This document shows, one piece after another, positions 58,316-64,000 of a stretch of DNA of 64,000 nt. Positions within the stretch are counted from its first letter, which is position 1; each line of letters begins with the position of its first letter. Position numbers and translations under genes: made by a program. This stretch comes from Antedon mediterranea. Its lineage: Eukaryota; Animalia; Echinodermata. The DNA is taken from assembly GCF_964355755.1 (NCBI RefSeq), contig NC_092678.1, positions 450,422 to 514,421 of the forward strand, written 5' to 3'. The notes beneath the pieces were generated by a model, which did not search any database, had not been told where the DNA came from, and worked only from the letters and a program-made list of their open reading frames with translations.

Positions 58316-59691
58316 GACAGTTTGGACACCTAGTCTATGAACACCAGCAGAAGACAAGGGAAACGATGGAGAGACGACAGTTTGGACACTTAGTCTATGA
58401 ACACCAGCAGAAGACAAGGGAAACGATGGAGAGACGACAGTTTGGACACCTAGTCTATGAACACCAGCAGAAGACAAGGGAAATGATGGAGAGACGACAG
58501 TTTGGACACCTAGTCTATGAACACCAGCAGAAGACAAGGGAAATGATGGAGAGACGACAGTTTGGACACTTAGTCTATGAACACCAGCAGAAGACAAGGG
58601 AAACGATGGAGAGACGACAGTTTGGACACCTAGTCTATGAACACCAGCAGAAGACAAGGGAAACGATGGAGAGACGACAGTTTGGACACCTAGTCTATGA
58701 ACACCAGCAGAAGACAAGGGAAACGATGGAGAGACGACAGTTTGGACACCTAGTCTATGAACACCAGCAGAAGACAAGGGAAACGATGGAGAGACGACAG
58801 TTTGGACACTTAGTCTATGAACACCAGCAGAAGACAAGGGAAACGATGGAGAGACGACAGTTTGGACACCTAGTCTATGAACACCAGCAGAAGACAAGGG
58901 AAACGATGGAGAGACGACAGTTTGGACACCTAGTCTATGAACACCAGCAGAAGACAAGGGAAACGATGGAGAGACGACAGTTTGGACACTTAGTCTATGA
59001 ACACCAGCAGAAGACAAGGGAAACGATGGAGAGACAACAGTTTGGACACCTAGTCTATGAACACCAGCAGAAGACAAGGGAAACGATGGAGAGACGACAG
59101 TTTGGACACCTAGTCTATGAACACCAGCAGAAGACAAGGGAAACGATGGAGAGACGACAGTTTGGACACTTAGTCTATGAACACCAGCAGAAGACAAGGG
59201 AAACGATGGAGAGACGACAGTTTGGACACCTAGTCTATGAACACCAGCAGAAGACAAGGGAAACGATGGAGAGACGACAGTTTGGACACCTACAGTAGTC
59301 TATGAAAACCAGCAGAAGACAAGGGAAACGATGGAGAGACGACAGTTTGGACCCCTAGTCTATGAACACCAGCAGAAGACAAGGGAAACGATGGAGAGAC
59401 GACAGTTTGGACACCTAGTGTATGAAAACCAGCAGAAGACAAGGGAAACGATGGAGAGACGACAGTTTGGACACCTAGTCTATGAACACCAGCAGAAGAC
59501 AAGGGAAACGATGGAGAGACGACAGTTTGGACACCTACTCTATGAACACCAGCAGAAGACAAGGAAACGATGGAGAGACGACAGTTTGGACACCTATGAA
59601 AACCAGCAGAAGACAAAGAAAACGATGGAGAGACGACAGTTTGGACACCTATGAAAACCAGCAGAAGACAAGGGAAACGATGGAGAGACGA
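58316..59691. repeat. 60-bp minisatellite x~23
   Basis: GACAGTTTGGACACCTAGTCTATGAACACCAGCAGAAGACAAGGGAAACGATGGAGAGAC; degenerates rightwards. Confidence 0.97.
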
Positions 59692-62114
59692 AATCCAATA
59701 AGAACAATGGCTGATTATAATGATGTTAATGATTGGATTGTTTCGAATCAATATTACTGATAACTAATTAGTAATAATAAGATGCTATAAAATTATCGAA
59801 TAAATGTTGTAAGTGCACTAGTTACTGCATTATATCGTACATGGAGTAAACATTCTTAATTGTTGTAATTGTTCAATTGTTTGATATTTTTACATTGTGT
59901 TACAAATTTTAAGCCTTTAAATAAACAGGTGGATAATGTATCCTGTAGCTCTCTATAATTTATCACCTTTACAAAAAAGTAGTTCCTTGAAACTATGTCA
60001 TAATACACTTTGGAATGTGGCCAACTACTGGGTAGTTACCATAACAACATAAAGCAATAAAAGTTACTGTATACTGTAAAGGCCTACAGGTGTTGTGTCA
60101 TGTTGCGGAATATGATTGAAGGTCAATGACCTTTGACGTGGCTTAAATTGCTAGCACTTTACAATAAGCAATAAGGTCCATTTAATTTCGCTGTAGTATA
60201 AATCATACTCGAAATTATTATCAATTTGGTATATTTTTTTAAAGTTCTCATTTTTTAGGCAAATTGCCATGGATAGCCACAATTGTTGGTATCTACTTTA
60301 TTAGGCCTACATTTAAAAGAAGAACAATTTATAATTGTATAACTTTACATAACTGTAACACTGTTTGCGTAGTTTATTAACAATTCACCAAAAAAAAGGA
60401 AGGAATTTCTATAGAACTGACAGAATGTGGGAACTACTTGAACCAAATCCTACAAAAACTGTCAACCAAACTATCATGTGACATCTAACTTGTTTTGTTA
60501 CAAAGTCACTCACTGTAGGTTGAAAATATTTTTATAATAAATACAGTATGTAAGTTCCACACCACAGATTCATAATCCTATTATTATGCAATATCACTGA
60601 CTTAGTGCTTAACAATGGGTGATGATATTGGACTAAAATAGATAATCAATGGTACTGGTATCTGACTAAGTACGTTATAATGCCATTGGTATTTGACAGT
60701 GATAATGGTGCAGGTGTAAAAAGGGCAGATAGATTTGAACCCCCCCCCCCCCCCCCGATAAAATACACAACTTACTAATGTATTGTTAGAAGAGATTACA
60801 ATCTATGGTACTGTACAGAGTACACTAATATGTTTATACAATTATACCGGTTTTACAGTAGCCTGTACTTAGCTAACTGTATGCCAACAAGGTTTACTAA
60901 GTGAGAGCTTGTATGGCTATTGAGAATTGCACTAATTACATTCAATGTAGAATGAAATATTAATCGGTTTAATTGAAGACAAAATCTGAATAAAATCAAC
61001 AAATTATTAATATAAATTTTCCTAAAATTAGATTACATTTATGGTTTGAATTACCTTGACTTTCTGTTTATAAGGTAATGCCATTTTCACTTTAATTTGC
61101 TAATAAAGTTTAAACTACTGTAGCAAGTAGATAAAACTTGGCTTTAAGTTCAAAATTGTCATAGTAGCATGTTGACCTTGGATGCTACCTTTTGCAAACA
61201 TGTCTATTGTGTTGCTAATTAATCTTATTGTTGTGTTTTACACTGTTCAACATTAAGCACAATAGATAGATAGATGCTTGCTTTAACAAGTTTGTTTGAA
61301 CAAAGTGTGAACTTGAGTACAGACAGTACATATGATGCAAGGCTAACTGTTCATTATGATAATTCAAGGTTTATCGGTCTCAACATGGATGGAAATATTA
61401 TTTCTCCATGGTCTCAATAACCATACTATACTATAGTTTACATTATGTTTTAAATTCCATTTACAAAACCCGAAAATAGGGTCACTTTTACAGTTTGTTT
61501 TTCAGATTGTAATTTAAACAAACTAGTATAAAATTACCTACATGGGAAGAATAAAGAATTTGAATTTATACTAACATTTAAAAATAATTATTAAAAAAAA
61601 ACTCTAGGTAGAGTATGAAATATATTCAGTTTAGAGTGTTGGCTGTACAATGATATACACTACAATGGTGATGCTCAAGTATTACCACAGCAATTCAAGA
61701 CATGTTCAAGTTTACCAGTTAGATAGTGATTACATAAAACTGAAGGTCACAAGTAGCCTGTCTAGCCACTTGGCAATAAATCACAAAGTTGAAAGGAAGT
61801 GATCACAGTGCCTTGTTCATGTGTTATTACAGTTGATAGGCTAACATGATTAATGTTTGCTGTCAAAATACATTAATGTTTACATATTGGTTTACACCAT
61901 TAACACCTTTGAAAGGGTGATCAAGGTTGACCACCTGAGTGGACATCCATAAACATTGAACAATACATTACAGCTGATAGTGGACATCTATAAACATACA
62001 GTACATCCGATAGTGGACATATATTAACACTGCAGCCGATAGTGAACATCCATACATTAAACATTACAGTACGGCCGATGTTGGACATCTACACTATGCA
62101 GATTTTGATAACTG

Positions 62115-62460
62115 CTGTACTGTACTGTATACTGTACTGTACTGTATACTGTACTGTACTGTATACTGTACTGTACGTGTATACTGTACTGTATACTGTA
62201 AAGTATACTGTACTGTACTGTATACTGTACTGTACACTGTACTGTATACTGTACTGTACTGTATACTGTACTGTACTGACTGTATACTGTACTGTATACT
62301 GTACTGTACTGTATACTGTACTGTATACTGTACTGTATACTGTACTGTATACTGTACTGTATACTGTACTGTATACTGTACTGTATACTGTACTGTACCG
62401 TATACTGTACTGTATACTGTACTGTACTGTATACTGTACTGTACTGTATACTGTACTGTA
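62115..62460. repeat. Compound (TACTG)/(TATACTG) simple repeat
   Basis: Mixed 5- and 7-bp units. Confidence 0.95.
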
Positions 62461-63113
62461 AATTGGCCCTACTGTAAGTCTCCACTACTTTAACAAATAA
62501 GTTTAATATCATTACAGTAAGTACATGTTATTACCAAACCCCAAAAAATCTAATGAAGTCTGTGTTTACACCCTAGAATGAATCAGTACAAAAGTAAACA
62601 CTACAAAAAAACTCCTTTCTGATGAATATTATGAGTGACATCAATTGAATTATTCTTTTGTTCATATGAAACCACAGACGTAACATGCATACAAAACTGA
62701 ACAATCCACAAAATGTGCGCACCATAATGGGAAGAAAAACGTGGTTGTGTAATTTGACAAAGTTCAGACTTAAGTCAAGGATAATAATACCAGCTAATAA
62801 TGACATGCTTAATTGTGAACTTAGTGCTTACAATGATAGTGGATAACAAAGCAAAGTTTTCATTTTCAAAATTGGGTTGAACAACAATTTATAAAATGTG
62901 TCATGTCAAACAAATAAACAATAACGGACCAGGATACGGATTGTACAAATAAATAAATAAAAAATCATTGGTTTACTTTAGGTTAAGTGTATAGAAAGCA
63001 ATGCATTTTAGTTTATATCTTCATTTTGTTCAATTCAAACTAATTCCTCTCTGGTTCAATGCAGCAACCAAGCACAGAGTGATGACACAATATTTTACAA
63101 CGCAAACATTGTA

Positions 63114-63458
63114 AAATACCTAGTAGTACTAACTAATACTACTGTATAACAGGTAGGTTCTCAAATACCTAGTAGTACTAACTAATACTACTGTATAACA
63201 GGTAGGTTCTCAAATACCTAGTAGTACTAACTAATACTACTGTGTAACAGGTAGGTTCTCAAATACCTAGTAGTACTAACTAATACTACTGTGTAACAGG
63301 TAGGTTCTCAAATACCTAGTAGTACTAACTAATACTACTGTGTAACAGGTAGGTTCTCAAATACCTAGTAGTACTAACTAATACTACTGTGTAACAGGTA
63401 GGTTCTCAAATACCTAGTAGTACTAACTAATACTACTGTATAACAGGTAGGTTCTCAA
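63114..63458. repeat. 49-bp minisatellite x7
   Basis: AAATACCTAGTAGTACTAACTAATACTACTGT(A/G)TAACAGGTAGGTTCTC. Confidence 0.95.
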
Positions 63459-63479
63459 TTCACTGAAATATGATTCTAC

Positions 63480-63552
63480 TAGAGTAGAGTAGAGTAGAGT
63501 AGAGTAGAGTAGAGTAGAGTAGAGTAGAGTAGAGTAGAGTAGAGTAGAGTAG
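63480..63552. repeat. (AGAGT)n microsatellite
   Basis: 5-bp period x~14. Confidence 0.97.
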
Positions 63553-64000
63553 GCTGGACTAAAACAAGGAGTACTTTAAGCAAACAATATTAGAAACTAA
63601 TAATTAAAATTGTAAACATAATTCAGTAACTAGTCTCTCATATTGTTTATAGTACAGTTAGGTACTCAGTTTTTTTTTTAGGAACAAGTCTCTCAATGTT
63701 AATAGTATAGGTACTTTTACTCTCTACAGAATCTAGCTTTATTAGATTTTGAAAATATAAAACACAATGTAAAGGTCTATGGTACAGCCTGGCCCAATAA
63801 CATTAACATAGTAGTTCAATGTCTAAAGCTGTTAAACTGACACAGGCCAAGTTTTATTACCGATCTCACAGGGTTCCTGGGGTAGCACTAACATTTCATT
63901 TTGTTTAGCCATTTGGCGAAAGTCAATATATTTTTTTTAGTCAAATCAGTTTATCTATAGCCAAAATGGCTAAAGTCAAATTTTTTTATTTAGCCAAATG

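Noticed and set aside
58295-59760. 310-320-aa ORFs on both strands
   Set aside because: 60-bp unit is a multiple of 3 and stop-free by chance; frame lost by indels; no gene signals.
62042-62512. YTVL/QYSI repeat ORFs
   Set aside because: Simple-repeat translations.
56763-63458. Donor-like AG|GTA motifs in the 25-, 34- and 49-bp units
   Set aside because: On the strand opposite the host genes; short motifs expected by chance.

Overview
AT-rich, intron-rich animal genomic DNA, probably an invertebrate deuterostome (inferred from proteins and repeat families; species not determinable). Five spliced genes can be assembled by hand: GRIP-like multi-PDZ gene (-, PDZ1-3, continues left of the window), NEDD1 (-), DENND6 (-), AMT/GCST (+, head-to-head with DENND6) and prickle (-, 5' exons outside the window). 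A young full-length Ty3/Gypsy LTR retrotransposon (1164-7780; CTAG TSD, tRNA-His PBS, -1 frameshift signal, integrase D-to-N lesion) sits inside a 34-bp intronic minisatellite whose G/C variants form a higher-order pattern. Introns hold MITEs, tRNA-SINEs, a foldback element and many minisatellites. Most notable: (i) tandem duplications repeatedly copy real splice sites (10 stacked acceptors at one DENND6 exon), (ii) an AT-AC U12 intron in NEDD1, (iii) a GRIP1b-like palmitoylation-type first exon, (iv) AGGCCTA(G) clusters near the 5' end of four genes, (v) a second PPT module inside the retrotransposon. All coordinates were read by eye; no searches were run.
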